Shown here piece after piece: positions 13,725-31,554 of a stretch of 64,000 bases of DNA; the stretch's first letter is position 1; each line of letters opens with the position of its first letter. The translations under genes and the position numbers were made by a program. The notes beneath the pieces were generated by a model. That model had not been told where the DNA came from, made no database searches, and saw only the letters and a program-made list of their open reading frames with translations. Source of the stretch: the human T2T-CHM13v2.0 reference genome, Homo sapiens; the NCBI RefSeq assembly GCF_009914755.1, contig NC_060926.1, one strand, 5' to 3'.

Positions 13725-14210
13725 TATTAAGACCCATTGGCATAAGATTACATCCTCTGACTATAAAAATCGTGGAAGAAAACCTAGGAAATATTCGTCT
13801 GGACATTGCACTTGGCAGTGAATTTATGGGTAAGTCCTCAAAAGCATTGCCAGAAAAATGAAAGTTGACAAGTGTGATTTAATTAAACTAAAGAGCTGCT
13901 TCTGCACAGCATGAGAAACTCTCAAGGGGGATTGAACAGACAGCGTACAGAATGGAAGAAAACATTCACACACTATGCATACAGCAAAGGCCTACTATCC
14001 AGAATCTATAAGAGACTTAGACAAATCAACAAGCAAAAAATAACCCCATTAAAAAATGGGCAAAGAACATGAACAGACAGTTTTCAAAAGAACACATATG
14101 TGGCCAACAAACATATTAACACATGCATACCATCACTAATCATTAGAGAATGCAAAACAAAACATCAATGAGATACTATCTCACACGAGTTAGAATGACT
14201 TCTGTTAAAA
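13725..14210 (+). mobile_element. L1 ORF2 3' fragment
   Basis: gaagaaaacctagga...ttaattaaactaaagagc...aaaaatgggcaaagaacatgaacagac. Confidence 0.85.
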
Positions 14211-14356
14211 ATAATAAAAATATTTAAATATTCAATATTAAAATGTTATTTAGATTGAGATAAATTAATTTGTCATTATTCTCAAAACATGGATATTTAA
14301 GAATAACCTTACTTCACATGTAATAACACAACAACTACCTGAAAAAATAAAAGCTG

Positions 14357-14663
<307 letters not shown>

Positions 14664-14779
14664 TTAAATGAAGAAAAAAGCTGGAAGTTCTATGAAAATA
14701 TTAATGCACATACCATCTTTTGAAAATGTTCATGGTTTCTCTAGAGATTCCAATACCTATTCTAGCTTATTACAGTAAC

Positions 14780-16000
14780 CTATAATTTGTATTATACCAA
14801 CTATGGTGTAAAAACCTTAAAATGTATATTTCTGTTTCCTCTCTCCTTTATACTATTTATGTCATGCATTATGGTATCAAATATTATGAATTCCATAATA
14901 TAAAGTTACTCTTTTTTTAAAAAAAGTAAGACAATTATCTTTAGAGCAATGTAAAATGATGGGGTAATATATCTTTGTATCTTCTCTGGCACTCTTTATT
15001 TCTTTGTGTAGTTTCAACTTTCATCTGCTTCCATATTCCTTTTGCCTCAAGAAATGATTTTGACATTTATTTTAGTGCAGACCTGTTAGCAAGGGACTCT
15101 TCCAGTGTTAATCTGAAAATGTCTTCATTTAATTGTTATTTTCGCGATATAGTTAATGGATATAAGATTGGGGGTTGACTTTTTTCAGTTATTTAAAAAT
15201 TTTGTATCATTGGTTTCTGACTTGTAGAGTTGCTGACAAGCAGTTCACTGTAATTTCTGTTTCTGTTTATCTCTCTACACAGTGTTCCTATTTTTCTGTG
15301 ACTGAATTCAAGATTTATGCTAATCGTTGGTTTTCAGCAGTTTGACTGTGTGATTATTCTAGCGTTCTTTAAGTTTTGTATTAATCTTTCTTGGATCTTT
15401 TTGAGGTTATTTGGTCTCCTTAGTCATCTTTTTCAAATTTTTCTTCTCTCACATTCTGTTTTTACTCTCCTGGAATTCCAATTAATTGTATTTTAGTTAA
15501 TTTCATATTACCCAAGAATTCTTGGATTCACTGGAGTATTTTATTTGCTTGGCTCATTGGTTTATTTTGTTTTTCTCTTTTCTCCCTTTGTGCTACCATT
15601 CAAATAATTTGTATTGACATAGCATAAAATTTACTGCTTTCTTTCTTTAGCTCTGATGACCAGTCTGCTAATCAGCCTGCTGTTGTAATTCTTCATCTCT
15701 GTTCTCATGCTTTCACTTATTTCTAGCTTTTGCCTTTTACTGTTCTATCTCTGCTGAAATTCCTCATTTTTCCCTACATGTTGTCTTTTTTTAACTAGAT
15801 TCTTTAACATTTTGATCATTATTATTTTAAATTACTTGCATTTAGTTCCAACATCTGAATTATCTCTGAATTTGATTCTGTTGACTTTTTATCTTTTGAA
15901 AATATTATAACTCACAACTCAAATTTCTAACTTGCTTTTATGTGTTTTCCAATTTCTAAAAAATGCACATCATCAGATGTAGAAAAACAGTAGATGATGA
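14780..16000 (-). mobile_element. Ancient L1M fragments
   Basis: T-rich degenerate sequence with antisense L1 motifs (tctgaaaatgtcttcattt, ttttcagcagtttgact). Confidence 0.5.
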
Positions 16001-18119
16001 GATAATTATTTATGTCGAGATTGTTTTATATTTATGTTTCATTTTGGTTTGTGTCATGCTATTAGTGTGGGCAGGAACAAAGGTTGTTTTTTGCTGCGGT
16101 GTCTGAAACATTCAGTGAACCATGTAACTCAAGATTTCTCCAGCAGTAGGCTGCTATATCATGTGCCTTGTGTGGGGCCTTAGGCTCTGGAGGGCATATG
16201 CCAGTGCTCCGGTTGCACAGTTATCTTTCTGTAGTCCTTACCACATATGTCATAGGAGGGTCTCTCTCCAATTTCTTGTTCCTCTCTAACTGTAGAACAT
16301 CATTTTGTGTGTGTGTGTGACTAGGCAGAAAATTTAGGTTGGGGGCAGAGGGATGATTCATGTTATTTTTGAGCCAGTTTCATCATTGGACACTCAGAGA
16401 AGGGATATTTTTAGCACTTCCTGACTCTTATTCTAGTGGGAGTCAAACTGTCTCTTATCTGTGTTGTTTTTTGAGGAAGAAATAATACCTTGCCCTCCTC
16501 CCACCTCAGTGGTAGAAAACCTTTGATTTATATCATTGCAAATTTTCAACCCCACAATAAGGACATACTATTTTATTTCTCATTCCATAGGAACAATGCA
16601 CCTTTGTCTGTGGTCACTGGATGGAGATTTTCCAACCCTTTACCACAGTAGCACAACTCTGCATTAGTGCAAAATCGTGGGCCCCAAAACAATCCTTGTT
16701 CCTGTCCTGATGGAGAAGTATTTTTCTTACATCCCTCCCCCAGAAGCAGTGATCCTTTACCTGGTCTCAGATGGGATAGGGTAGGGTATGAGAGGTTTCT
16801 TAACCTTCTCTGAAAGCTGATGTGTTTTGCTTCTTCTTATCTCCCAGAAACAGTAGACTTTTGCTTGGGTTCATGGACCCAGATGCTTTTTTGCCACAGA
16901 AAATTAAGGGTTTTGATTCTTAGGAGAGAAGCAAATGTTCATGTTCAATTTTTTTCTTATTTATTTTTTGCTTTGTTTTCTTATTTCAGTAATGAGTTGA
17001 ATATGATCATTATTTTCCACTTACGCCGCTTGCAACTCTAATATTTTGTTTTTGTTAGCCCCCCTTTGACAGTTCAGCACTAAATCAAATGCAGATGATC
17101 ATCAGTTGTGTGAATAAAGTGTTTTTATTGAGAACAAAATTGTTGATATAGACATAAATTAGGATATTATCCTACTTAGCACAATATGTCACTGGCTCAA
17201 AATGTAAAATCCTCTTTAGGCTCAACAAAGAATGGTTCTTGAAACTATTGTCTGTTTTTGACAAATAAAAAAAAACCCAATGCTTTTTATCTCATGGATA
17301 GATTATTAAAATAATTACATACCTGATCTTCATTTTATGTTCTCTCTCTTCAAGATATTTCCTTCAAAACTACTTTGACTGATTAGTCTCTTTTGAATTA
17401 TGTTAGACTTTGTATTTTCTCCACAAGCTCATCAGGGTAAATCCTGCCTTTACATTTTTTATAAAAATTCTTTTTTTTTTTTCAAATCTTAGTTGAGCTG
17501 AAAGATGTCCACCAAATGTCTCCTATGCCACAAAGCCTTACTTTACTTATCTTCCCTGTCCTTGCTCAAGCTCATTTAGGAAGATTTTTATTAAAACATT
17601 CATGCAATACTGTTTTTTAAAAAATCTGAACATATAGTATTTTCAATTTGAACACAAAATAGTGCTCTAACATGAAAACAAGTTTTAGAAACAAATGTTT
17701 CTAGAAGGAGAATCAACAGTGTCATAAATATCATAATCCAATTTTCCTGTTTGTACTAAAACATTAGTAAATATTTATTGAGAAATTGCTGTCTGCCTGA
17801 AAGTATAATGCTTTTGATACACATTATATCATAAAAACTATGTACTATTATTAGTAGTATCTTAAGAGTAAAAATATCGAGTCTTAGAGATGTTAAACAA
17901 TGTGCTCAAATAGCATAGGGAAAGTTGGAATTCTGAAATTCTGACTATGCCGTAGGTATGATAGGAGAATGTCAAATGTAACTGTCAAGTCATTGTGGGA
18001 ATTCAGATGCCTCTGATTGCTAGGGTCAATACACTTAAGCAGATCATGTCACTACTTAGTTAAATCTATTTCATTAAAGCAAAATTCCACAAAGATTATT
18101 GGCACCAAAACCGTTATTT

Positions 18120-18470
18120 TTCTTCCTTCCTTCCTCTCCTTTTTCCCCCTCCCCTCCCCTCCCTTCCCTTCCCTTCCCTTCCTTCTTTCAAGACAGGGTC
18201 TCAGTCTGTTGCCCAAGCTGGAGTGCAGTGGCACAATCATGGCTTACTGCACCCCAGCTTCCCCAGGCTCAGGTGATCCTCCCACCTCATCCTCCTGAGT
18301 AGCTGGGACTACAGGCAAGCCACTATGCCTGGCTAAATTTTTTTTTTTTTTTGTAAGGATTGGGTTTCACCATGTTGCCGAGCCTGGTCTGCAACTCCTC
18401 AGCTGAAGCAATCCACCTGCCTTTGCCTCCCAAACTATTGGGATTCCAGGTGTAAGCCTCATGCCTGGAC
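18120..18470 (-). mobile_element. AluJ with CT-rich (CCTT/CCCT)n expanded tail
   Basis: Pyrimidine tract at 18120-18188, then agacagggtctcagtctgttgcccaagctggagtgcagtggc... Confidence 0.85.
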
Positions 18471-19934
18471 AAAAATATTATTTAACAAGTTCAATTTAAC
18501 TATTAGATTTTGGACAATGAGGGATAGAATTCTCTACATCATAATTCATCTTGTGTTATTTATTTAAAGTAATATATAAGGACTTCAATTCAATTCAAAT
18601 ATGTTTATTAGCAAATTAAAGGTCTTTTTCAGGATTCCAAACTTTTGTTGAAGACATAAATTTTAAATGATGTCACTAATTTTAATTAGATTAACAGGAA
18701 GGTATTCTTCTATTTAATAATAGTGACAGAATGGGCTATTCATTTTATTTTCTTTCCCTTTCTCCCTTTCCTCTTTTTAAAATATTTTACTTTTTAGGCT
18801 CTTTGGAATCCTGCAGATATTATCATGATAATTAAACAAAACACTTAGAGAAACTGCCAACCCTAGGATGAAATATATTGTTACTGTGCTTTGGGATTAA
18901 AATAAGTAACTACAGTTTATAGAACTTTTATACTGATACACAGACACTAAAAAGGGAAAGGGTTTGGATGAGAAGCTCTGCTATGCAATCAAGAATCTCA
19001 GCCACTCATTTCTGTAGGAGCTGCAGGAGCTCTTTGTAAAGAGAGGTTATGGAGTCTGCAGCTTCAGGAAAGGTACTTAAAACCCTTCAGAGTTTCTCCA
19101 TTTTCTCCAGAGTTTCCCCAAAAAGGTTATGACACTTTATAAGAATGCTTCACTTGTGAAAAACAAATATCAAAGTCTTCTTGTAAATTATATTTAAGGA
19201 CAAATCTTTATTCCATGTTTAATTTATTTAGCTTCTCCTGTAGCTAATATCTCATGCTGAACACATTTTAAATGCTGTAAATGTAGATAATATAATTTAT
19301 GGATCATTAATGCCTCTTTAGTAGTTTAGAGAAAACATCAAAAGAAATGGCCCCAGAATAAGCTTCTTGATTTGTAGAATTCTATGTCATTGGCTCAAAT
19401 TTGTATAGCGTCTCAAAATATAAATATATAGACATCTCAGTTAATATATTTGAAATAGCAAATTGCTGTTAGAAAATAATAGTACTTAACTAGATGAGAA
19501 TAACAAGTCACCATTATTTGAATTGTCTCCTATTAATTTTTCTTTTGTTGTGTTACTCATGTTTTACTTATGGGGGATATATATAACTTCCGCTGTTTTC
19601 AGAATTGTTGTATGCAGTCAGTATGAGAATGCAGTTTAAGTTTCCCTGATGCTTTTTCACACTTCTATTACTAGAAATAAGAATACAGTAATATTGGCAA
19701 AGAAAATTGACCAGTTCAATAAAATTTTTTAGTAAATCTGATTGAAAATAAACATTGCTTATGGCTTTCTTACATCAATATTGTCATGTCCTAGACTACC
19801 TTATCTGCAATTACGGCTTCGAAATTCTAATTATGTGCAAATGTGTAAAATATCAATATTTTATGTTCAAGCTGGGGCCTCCTGAGGCATCCTGGGCTGA
19901 GAGGGAAAGATGGCAGCTCCGCAAGCTGGGAGGG

Positions 19935-20550
19935 AACACCGCCACATTGTTACACGGAGACACTGCCACATGGACACACGACCAGACTCACATGTACAGA
20001 CACATGGAGACATTACCACATGGACACACCATCACACGGACACACTGGCATAGTCACATGGACGGACACACAGACATACGGAGAAATCACCACACGGACA
20101 CCCTACCACACTATCGCAGGGACACACAGACACATGGGGACATCACCACACTGTCAAATGGACAGACACACGGAGACATCACCACATGGACACACCGTCA
20201 CACTACCACAGGGACACACAGACACACAAGAGACATCACCACATTGTCACATGGACACACCATCACACACATGAACACACAGACACACTGCCACATGGAC
20301 ACTGCCACACACACACCGCCACACTGTCACACCACCACACTGCCATGTGGACACAAGGACACACAGACACCGTCACACACATACACAAACACTGTCACAC
20401 GGAGACATCACCATGCAGATACACCACCATGTGGAGATAGCACCACACAGACACACTGCCACATGGATACACCACCACACAAATGCGGACACACTGCCAC
20501 ACAGACACACCACCACGCTGCCACACAGAGACACCACCACATCGTTGCCA
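19935..20550. repeat. CA-rich degenerate minisatellite (ggacacac/catcaccaca units)
   Basis: Repeated motifs acatggacacac, gacatcaccacac and cactgccaca. Confidence 0.85.
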
Positions 20551-20627
20551 CACTTTCATGTGTCAGCTGGCGGTGTGGGTCCCATGACTCTGGGCTCTGA
20601 TCGAGAAATTACTTGGGCATATAGTGA

Positions 20628-20917
<290 letters not shown>

Positions 20918-21341
20918 AAGAATTTCTTTCCGTCTCCTGTGTCATTGCTTTGGCAGTGGAAACGCACGTGGCCTCTAAAGAGTGGGTCCCAAGGTCATGA
21001 AGGCCTGTGGGGTGGAGGGCAAGGTCTCTCTTTCCAGGCTGGAATGGAGGAAGACGTGACGGCCGAGGGGCTGCATGTCCTCCTCGCAGCAGGCCCCTGA
21101 GGATCTTTATCCTCCTGAGCTGCGAATGTCCCTCAGGGGTGTCTAAAGCGCCCGGTGGGGCAGGGGGACCCCTATAGGCTTTAGGAGCTCTGGCCCATTA
21201 GTGGTCAGTAAAACGCAGAGGTGAACACCATAGAACCACAGGTCCAGGAGAATTTTGCAAAAGCTCTGAGGATGCCCTTTTTTGTTCTCCCACTGCAAAA
21301 TTGCTTTAAAAAGGAAAAAATCCAGCAATGTCTGGGGAAAG

Positions 21342-23030
<1,689 letters not shown>

Positions 23031-24029
23031 TGTCTGACTTGGGAAGCCACATCTGAAGGAACTGCTGGGTGACTATGGTCGTAAGTCAATCAAAGCAGAC
23101 TTTCCCTGGCTTGCTGTGCTACGTTGATTTTGTTTTCGTATTTTAAAAGAAGCAGAAGGGAGGTTCTAGGAAATTTGCCCAACGTAGATGCTGACAAGAG
23201 TGGTGACATGAAAAAGATTACCCAGAAGGAAAACGAGCTATTTTCTAAACATCTGAAATCTGTGTAGGCTTTTGGAAAAGTGAAACTAGATGCAAAACAC
23301 AATGATATAATTCTGGCAATTTCCACTGACACAGAACTCAGTCAATCTGAATTAATCTAAGAGTTATAAGGAAAATGGCACTCCAAGAAGTACCTATTAA
23401 CATCACTCAGCTGCTGTGAAATAGGCTTACAGGCAACATGGAGTGTCAATTACCCAATGTTTAAAGTCGATCATACAGATTGGACTACAATCTCTATGGC
23501 TCATAAAGTCTTTAAAGGATTGACAGATGATTTATCTCATATGTAGACAATGATTCTCAGCAGTTAACTAGCGCAACTTGATAATATCAATTGCTTGAGA
23601 AAATCAGATAATTGCTTGAGAAAATTAGGACATTGCTTGAGGAAGTTAGGTAGTTAAATAAATTACTTTTTTTAAAGAATAGTTTAATATTTTGGCAAGT
23701 AGACTTTAAAATAGGTTGGTAATATTTTAAAGGCTACTTTTAAAGAAGTAGCAATATAACATGTTTAATTATGAAAAATAATGTTGGAAACAATTCAATT
23801 TTCTATCAGATCATTCACAAATACAGAAATACCATCTCAATAATTAGAAGAAGTAGCAGCAATTTCTGTCATTTTTATGCAAGTTACTCTTAGTCCATTT
23901 ATTTGGTTTTAAATAGTGTTTTTAAAATTTGTTTTCAAACAGGGCTAATCATAAATAATAGAACATATTTTACAATAGTTGAAGGTAACAAAAAGTAAGT
24001 GCCATTTAAAAAATTGTATTAGATTGTTT

Positions 24030-25640
24030 AAAAATGTTGTGGGTACATAGTATGTGTTGTGGGTACATCGTATGTGTTGTGGGTACATAGTATGTGGGGT
24101 CCATGAGATGTTTTGATACAGGCATGCAATGTGAAATAAGCACATCATGGGGAATGGGGTATCCCTCCCCTCAAGCATTTATCCTTCAAGTTATAAAAAA
24201 TTCAATTACAGTCTTAGTTATGTCAAAATGTACAATTAAATTATTATTGAATATAGTCACCCTATTGTGCTATCAAATAGTAGGTCTTATTAACTCTCTA
24301 TTTTTATATCCATTAGCCATCCCCACCTTCCCACAAACCGCCCCTGCCAACTACCTTTCCCAGCCTCTGATAACCATCCTTATACTCTCTATGTCCGTGA
24401 GTTTGTTTTGATTTTAGATTCCACAAATTAGTGAGAACATGTGACATTTGTCTTTCTGTGCCTGGCTTATTTCACTTAACATAATGATCCATAATGTTCC
24501 ATCAATGTTACTGACAGTGACTGGATCTTATTCTTTGTTATGGCTGAATAGTCAGTCCTCCGTTGTGTATATGTACCACATTTTCTTTATCCATTCATCT
24601 GTTGATGGACACTAAGGTTTCTTCCAAATCTTAGTTTTGTAAACAGTGCTGCAACAAATACAGGAGTGCAGATATGTATTTGACATACTGATTTGCTTTA
24701 TTTTTGGTGTAGACCCAGCAGTAGGATTGCTAGATCATATGGTAGCTAAACTTTTAGTTTATTGAGAAACATCCAAACTGTTTACCTTAGTGGTTTTACT
24801 AATTTGCATTCCCAGGAGCAGGGTACAAGAGTTCCCTTTTCTCTGCATCCCTGCTAGCATTTGTTATTGCCTGTCTTTTACATACAAGTCATATAAACTG
24901 TGGTGAGATGATATCTCATTGTAGTTTTGATTTGAATTTCTCTGATGATCGGTGATATTGAGCACCTTTTCTTATACCTGTTTGCCATTTGTAGGTCTCC
25001 TTTTGAGAAATATCTATTCAAATCTTTTGCCCCCTTTTTCTTAACCAGGTCATTAGATTGTTTCTTAAAGAGTTGTCTGAGCTTTTTATTTATTCTGATT
25101 ATTAATCCTTTGTCAGATGAGTAGTTTGCAAATATTTTCTCCCATTCTGTGGATTGTCTCTTAACTTTGTTGATTGTATCATTTTCTGTACAGAAGCTTT
25201 TTAACTTAATGCGATCCATTTGTCCATTTTTACTTTGATTGCCTGTTCTTGTGGGGTATTGCTCAAGATATTTTTGCCCAGACCAATGTCCTGGAGATTT
25301 TCCCCAAAGTTTTTTTGTACTAGTTTTATAGTTCGAGGTCTTAGCTTTACATCTTTAAACAACTTTGATTTTACTTTTGTATTTGGTGATAGATACTAGT
25401 CTGTTTTCATTCTTATGCATATGGATATCCAGTTTTTTCAACACCATTTCCCACCAGTGTATGTTCTTGGCACCTTTGTCAAAAATGAGTTCACTGTAGG
25501 TATGTAGATTTGTTACTGGGTTCTGTATTCTGTTCCATTGATCTATGGATCTGTTTTTATGCCAGTACCATACTCTTTTTGTTACTATAATTCTGTAGTA
25601 TAATATGAAGTCAGATAATTCCTCCAGTTTTATTTATTTA
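24030..25640 (-). mobile_element. L1MA/PB-type 3' fragment with a 20 bp tandem triplication at its 3' end
   Basis: Minus-strand [40 protein letters not shown]; tgttgtgggtacat(a/c)gtatg repeated about three times at 24035-24095. Confidence 0.85.
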
Positions 25641-25801
25641 TTTATTTTTGCTTAGGATAGTATTATTTCTTATACTGAAAGCATTCTATGTTATTTATTA
25701 TTAGTCTAATTTTGTAGTTTTACAATGCTATCCTCTTTTACAAAGCTATGATCAACTCAATGTGTCCAGATCAGGGTCAATTGTAGCTATTTGCAAAACT
25801 A

Positions 25802-26111
<310 letters not shown>

Positions 26112-26399
26112 AGCAATATACTGTGTGTAATTGTTGATAGCATAATTCACTATTATGTGGATCAGAGAGCAGAGGATTCTGAATGCATTAACATATCTTT
26201 AACATTTCAATACATTACTCATAATTACTAATGAACTAAAGAGAAACCAAGAAATTATGGTGATAGTTATATTGACCTGGAGAAATGTAGACACAAAAGA
26301 ACAGTAAGATGAGAAATGTGTTAACACAGTCTATAAGGGCATGCAAGAATAAAAATAGGAGAGTTTTTCAAGAGCTTTCTAGTCATGTAAGTCAATTTG

Positions 26400-26910
26400 T
26401 ATCGGTTAATTTTTAAAAGGTTTACTTACATGCAATAAACTGCACACACTTCAATTGTACATTTTGATAATTCTTGGCATTTGTAGCTCTATAAAACCAG
26501 CAACATATTAAAATAGCAAACATATCCATTACCTTTACCACCAAAGTTTTCTTGTGTTTTTTCTACTCACTTTTTCCTGCCTATCCCCATCCCATCCACA
26601 GGCAACCATTGATCCACTTCCAGTCACTATCCGTGAGTTTTTATTTCCAAATACATGAAATCATAGGGTATGTATACTTTCTGATCACTCAGCATCACTA
26701 TTTTTGAGATTTATTCATGTTGCTACATCTATCAGTTGTTCTGTTCTTACTAGGGAGTATTATTTCATTATATACATATACCATAGTAAGTTTATAAGTC
26801 ACAAATTCACCTGCCATAGACATTTGGAATGTTTTCAGGTTTTGGCTGTTGCAAGTAAAGCTGCTATGAAGATTCATGTAAAATCCTTTGAATGGGCATA
26901 CGCTCTTAGG
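26400..26910 (-). mobile_element. Ancient L1ME-type 3' fragment
   Basis: aggcaaccattgatc...tttgagatttattcatgttgct...tttggctgttgcaagtaaagctgctatgaa. Confidence 0.6.
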
Positions 26911-28674
26911 TTTTCATCTCTACTGGAAGTGGAATAGATAGCTATATGGCTATCATGTCTGTAATATGCAAACACAAAGCCTGACAAAACTGATTTCTAA
27001 AGTGGAAACTCCACTGGAGAACCTTGACTCCAGCCTGGCTTTTGAGATTATCTCCTATGTCTGGTGCAATGATTGGTCCTGGGGTAGCCACATGACCCAA
27101 GGAGGACCATTTTAAACTTCTAAGTTTTCACTGAGATTAACATGGATTTGTTGAAAGACAAACCTCTTTTACCCTACTCCCCCAGCTGCAAATGCTTTCA
27201 GGGTTCACATCATGTTGGAACATTTGGTTACAGTGTTTCCTAAACTTTGCGGGTAAAAATTGTTCAAGTAGGTAAAAATGGAGCACATACAAAGAAAAAA
27301 GGAGTCCAGAAACATCAAATAAAAAAGAAAGGGCCTCCATAAAATCATTTGAACTTACGATTAATTCATTAGTCATTAAAACAAGTTTAGTGTACAAAGA
27401 ATCATCCCCCCAACCACCCTTTATTCCTTCACCAGGTTTAACTTACATTTTTTTAACTTGCAAACAAAAGATTTGTCATTAACTTAGACATCAAAATCCC
27501 TTGTCTCCAAGAGCAATCATTCAACTCTGTCCCTCTCATTGTTACAATAATATGTTCACTTTATTCTTCATACACCTGCTCTTTGCCCTTGTCTCCCTAT
27601 TCTATTCTATTAAAGTTATATCCAGACATTTATTTCATTTTATATCAAAGAAACTATACATGTTTTTAATCTTAGAACAATTTCTGAGTAACTTTTTGTC
27701 TCATATTCGATTTTAAGCCACCCAAGAAGCATTATTTTTTCATTTAGTATTTTAACTTTTCTAACCCAGGACTTTAATAGTAGATATTATGTCTTTTTCT
27801 AAATGCTCTGCTTCAATTTACATTTTAAATCTAATTTTTAAAAAGTGTATGTTTTGAATATTTGCATCACGCATCTCAGGCCTAAATATCCCTTGACAAC
27901 AAATATTGCCTTTTTTTCCCTACATTTTTCACATATTTCAATAGGGAGCTATATTGCCTGACACAATAAAAGTTTTTGTGAATATAACATAACACATAGG
28001 CAAAATCTTGTTTCCAAGTGATTGATGATGTGGTGCCTTCAGTCTAGTCCCAATCCTTCAGTGTAATCATCATCCCTAAATCTAATGAAATATGAAATAA
28101 ATATTTCACTTTGTTTCTAAAATTCAGCAGACAAATATATAGCCTGTCACATATAGCCTGTAACACCAACACATGAAAATTAAAGCAGTTCCTTCTCCAC
28201 TCCCACAGCTTCACTTGACTAGCCTTAAAAAATAATAACAATAATAAAAAATAAAAGCAAAATTGTTCCTTTACCTATCTTTGAAATTTAATGAATATAC
28301 TGTCAGAAAAGCTCTTATATATATATGGAGGGCCTCTATAAAATACAGACTCTTAACTAGAAAAGTAGACTTATATGCTAGTTAAATTAAAAACACAATT
28401 ATACATAGTACCTTCACAAATGCACCAGTACTTATTTCAGAATGCATGATGCAATTGACTAAACCGTTTAGGGCTAGACCTCTGAAATAAAAGGCATTCA
28501 CACTTTGTGATTCTAAGGGGAAAATATTATTCAAAATAGAAGCATGCAGAACCTTTACCTGATCATAATATCTATTAAGCACAAATTTCTTCTGAAAGAA
28601 AACAGATACGTTTTTCGCAGAAATGTCTTTAGATGAAGATCTAGCACATGCGTTTTTCTAACTTCTGAAAATTT

Positions 28675-31460
28675 TGTTTTTATTGATAAATATATATGGG
28701 GTACAATGTGGTACAATACATGTAAATATTGTGAAATGGAGAAATTAGGCTAAATAACATATCCTTCACTTCAGATATTTATTACATTATGGTGAAACAT
28801 TTAAAATGTACTATTTTAGTGCTTTTAAGATATGCACTACATTATGAGTAACTGCAGTCACTTTGCTGTGTACCATATCACCAGAATGTCTTTCTCCTAA
28901 CTGAAGCATTATCCCATTCAATATTTCCCCTTTTTCCACCCCTGCCGCCCACCCTGCTCAGCGTCTGATAAACCACCATTCTACTCTTAACTTCTATGAG
29001 TGCACATTTTTGGATTTCACATATAAGTGATATTATGAGATATTTGTCTTTCTGTGTCTGGCTTATTTTACTTTGTATAATGTCCTCTAAATTCATCCAT
29101 GTTTTTGCAAATGACAGAATTTCATTCATTTATAAAGATAAGTAGTATTTTTGTATGCATCCTACATATACTTTTAACTTTCCACAGCTTTATTGAGATA
29201 TAATTTATACATTATGTAATTCACTCATTTAAAGTACAAACTTCAAATTCTTTTAGTGTATTAACTGGGTGGACAAATAATCATCATAATCTAATTTTAG
29301 AACATTTTAATGCTCCTTAAAAGAGTCTTGCACCCATTAGCAATCTTTCCCTATTTTCTCCAGCCTTTTTTAAACCCCTCCTAGTCTAGATGACTGCTCA
29401 TCTACTTTCTGACTATGAATTTGCCTATTCTGGGCATGTCACATAAATGGAATCATAATAACACATAGTCATTTTTTACTCACTTCTTTCACTTAACATA
29501 TTTTTAATGTTCATCCATTTTGGAGCATGCATTAACACTTTTTTCCCTTTTGTTGCCAAATAAGATTCTACTTTATAGACACACCACATTTTATTTATCC
29601 ACTCCTCAGTTGATGAACATTTCTGTTGTTTTCTACTTTTTGTTGCTATAAACATTTGTGTACTACTGTTTGTGTAGCATTTGTTTTATTTTCTTTTTGG
29701 TAAATACATAGGAGTGAAATTGCTGGGTCATGTGATAACTCTATGTTTAACCTTTTGAAGAACTTCCAGACTGTTTTACATTTTAAAATCTCACCAGCGG
29801 TGTAGAAGGGTTCCAATTTTTCCACGTATTTTTATCCATTCTTCAGTTGATAAGCACTTAGGTTGTTTCTAATTCATGGCTATTATGAATATTGCTGCAA
29901 TGAACATGAAATTGCATATGTCTCTTTTTGACATACTGATTGAAATTCCTTTGGACACATATCCAGAAGTGGGATTGATGGATCATAGGGTAAATATATT
30001 TATAATTTCTTGAGGAAGCTTCATACTGTTTTCCAAGATGGTTGTACTAATTTCCACTCCTACCAACAGTGTACAGGGTTTCTTTTTCTCTACATCCTCA
30101 TCAACACTTAACTTCCATCTTTTTTTATAATAGCCGTAGTAAAATGTGTGAGGTGATATCTCATGGTGGCTTTGATTTGCATTTCTCTGATAATTAGGAA
30201 TGTTTATGATTTTTTCATGTACCTGTTGGTCTTTTGTATGCCATAGAAAATGTCTATTCCGATTCTTTGCTTATTTTTTTAATAAGCATAGTTTTTTTCT
30301 TATTTTTGAGTAGGTTGAGTTACTTATATATTATTATATGAGCCCCTTATATGATGTATGGTTTAAAAATGTTATCCCATTTGTGGGTTCTCTTCATTCT
30401 GTTATTGCTTCATTTCCTGTGGAAAAGCTTTTAAGTTTTATGCAGTCTCATTTGTGTGTTTTTGCTTTTGTTGCCTGTGCTTTTGGAATAATCTACAGAA
30501 AATCATAGCTCAGGCCAATGTCATACAGTCTTCTTCTATATTTCCTTGTAGTAGTTTTAAATTTAAGACTTTAATTTTGATTTGATGCTTGTATAAAGAG
30601 CAAAATAAAAGTCAAATTTTATTCTTCTGTATGTGGATAGTCAGTTTTTTCTACAACATTTATTGAAAGTAATTTTCTTTCTTCATTGTGTATTTTTAGT
30701 TATTTTATCAAAAAAATCAATTGACCACAGACACACGGATTTATTTACGGGTTCTATATCCCTTTGTACTGTTTTACATGTCTGTTTTTATGCCATTACT
30801 ATGCTGTTTTAATTACTATAGCTTTGTAATAGAGTTTGGAGTCGGGTAGTCTGATGCCTCCAGCTTTGTTCTTTTTGTTCAAGATTGCTTTGGTTGGTCC
30901 AGGTCTTTTGTGGTTCCATACAAATTTTAGCAGTAATTTTTCTATTTCTGTGAAGAATGACATTGGAATTTGATAGTGGTTGCATTTACTCTGTAGATTG
31001 CTTTGGGTAGCATTGACACTTTTACAATTCTAATTTTTGAATTCATCAATAAAGGATGTTTCTCCACTTATTTATGCCATTTTAATTTTTTTCATCAATG
31101 TGCTATAGTTTTCAGTATGCAAATCTTTTGCGTTTTTGATTAAATTTACTCCTGTCTTTTATATATTTATATATGTTTTGATTCTATTATAAATTGAATT
31201 GCCTTATTAATTTATTTTTCAGGTAATAGTTTGTCATTAGTTTATAGAAACAATAATGATATTTGTATGTTGATTTTGTAACTATTAACTTTATTGAATT
31301 TCTTCATCAGCTTTAACCGTTTATTTTGGTGGAATCTTTAAGATTTTCTCTATCTTAAGATTATATTTTCAGAAAACAGAAACAATCTTACATCTTCTTC
31401 CTTCCCTATATGGATTTCTTTTACGTCTTTGTCTTGTGTAATTGTTCTGGCTAGGCAATT
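28675..31460 (-). mobile_element. Nested or adjacent old L1M 3' fragments
   Basis: Minus-strand ORF NEILSFAKTWMNLEDIIQSKISQTQKDKY; antisense ORF2 motifs such as tgatgcctccagctttgttctttt. Confidence 0.8.
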
Positions 31461-31554
31461 ACACATAATGTTTTCAGCATTTGTCATCTATTGTAGCACA
31501 TTGATTGCTACTTTTCAAGTTGTAAACCTGGACATTTATCACTACTCTTCCTCC

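Noticed and set aside
23040-23460. Coding-like sequence next to the GRAMD4 pseudogene
   Set aside because: I could not match any frame to a known protein, and it has multiple stops.
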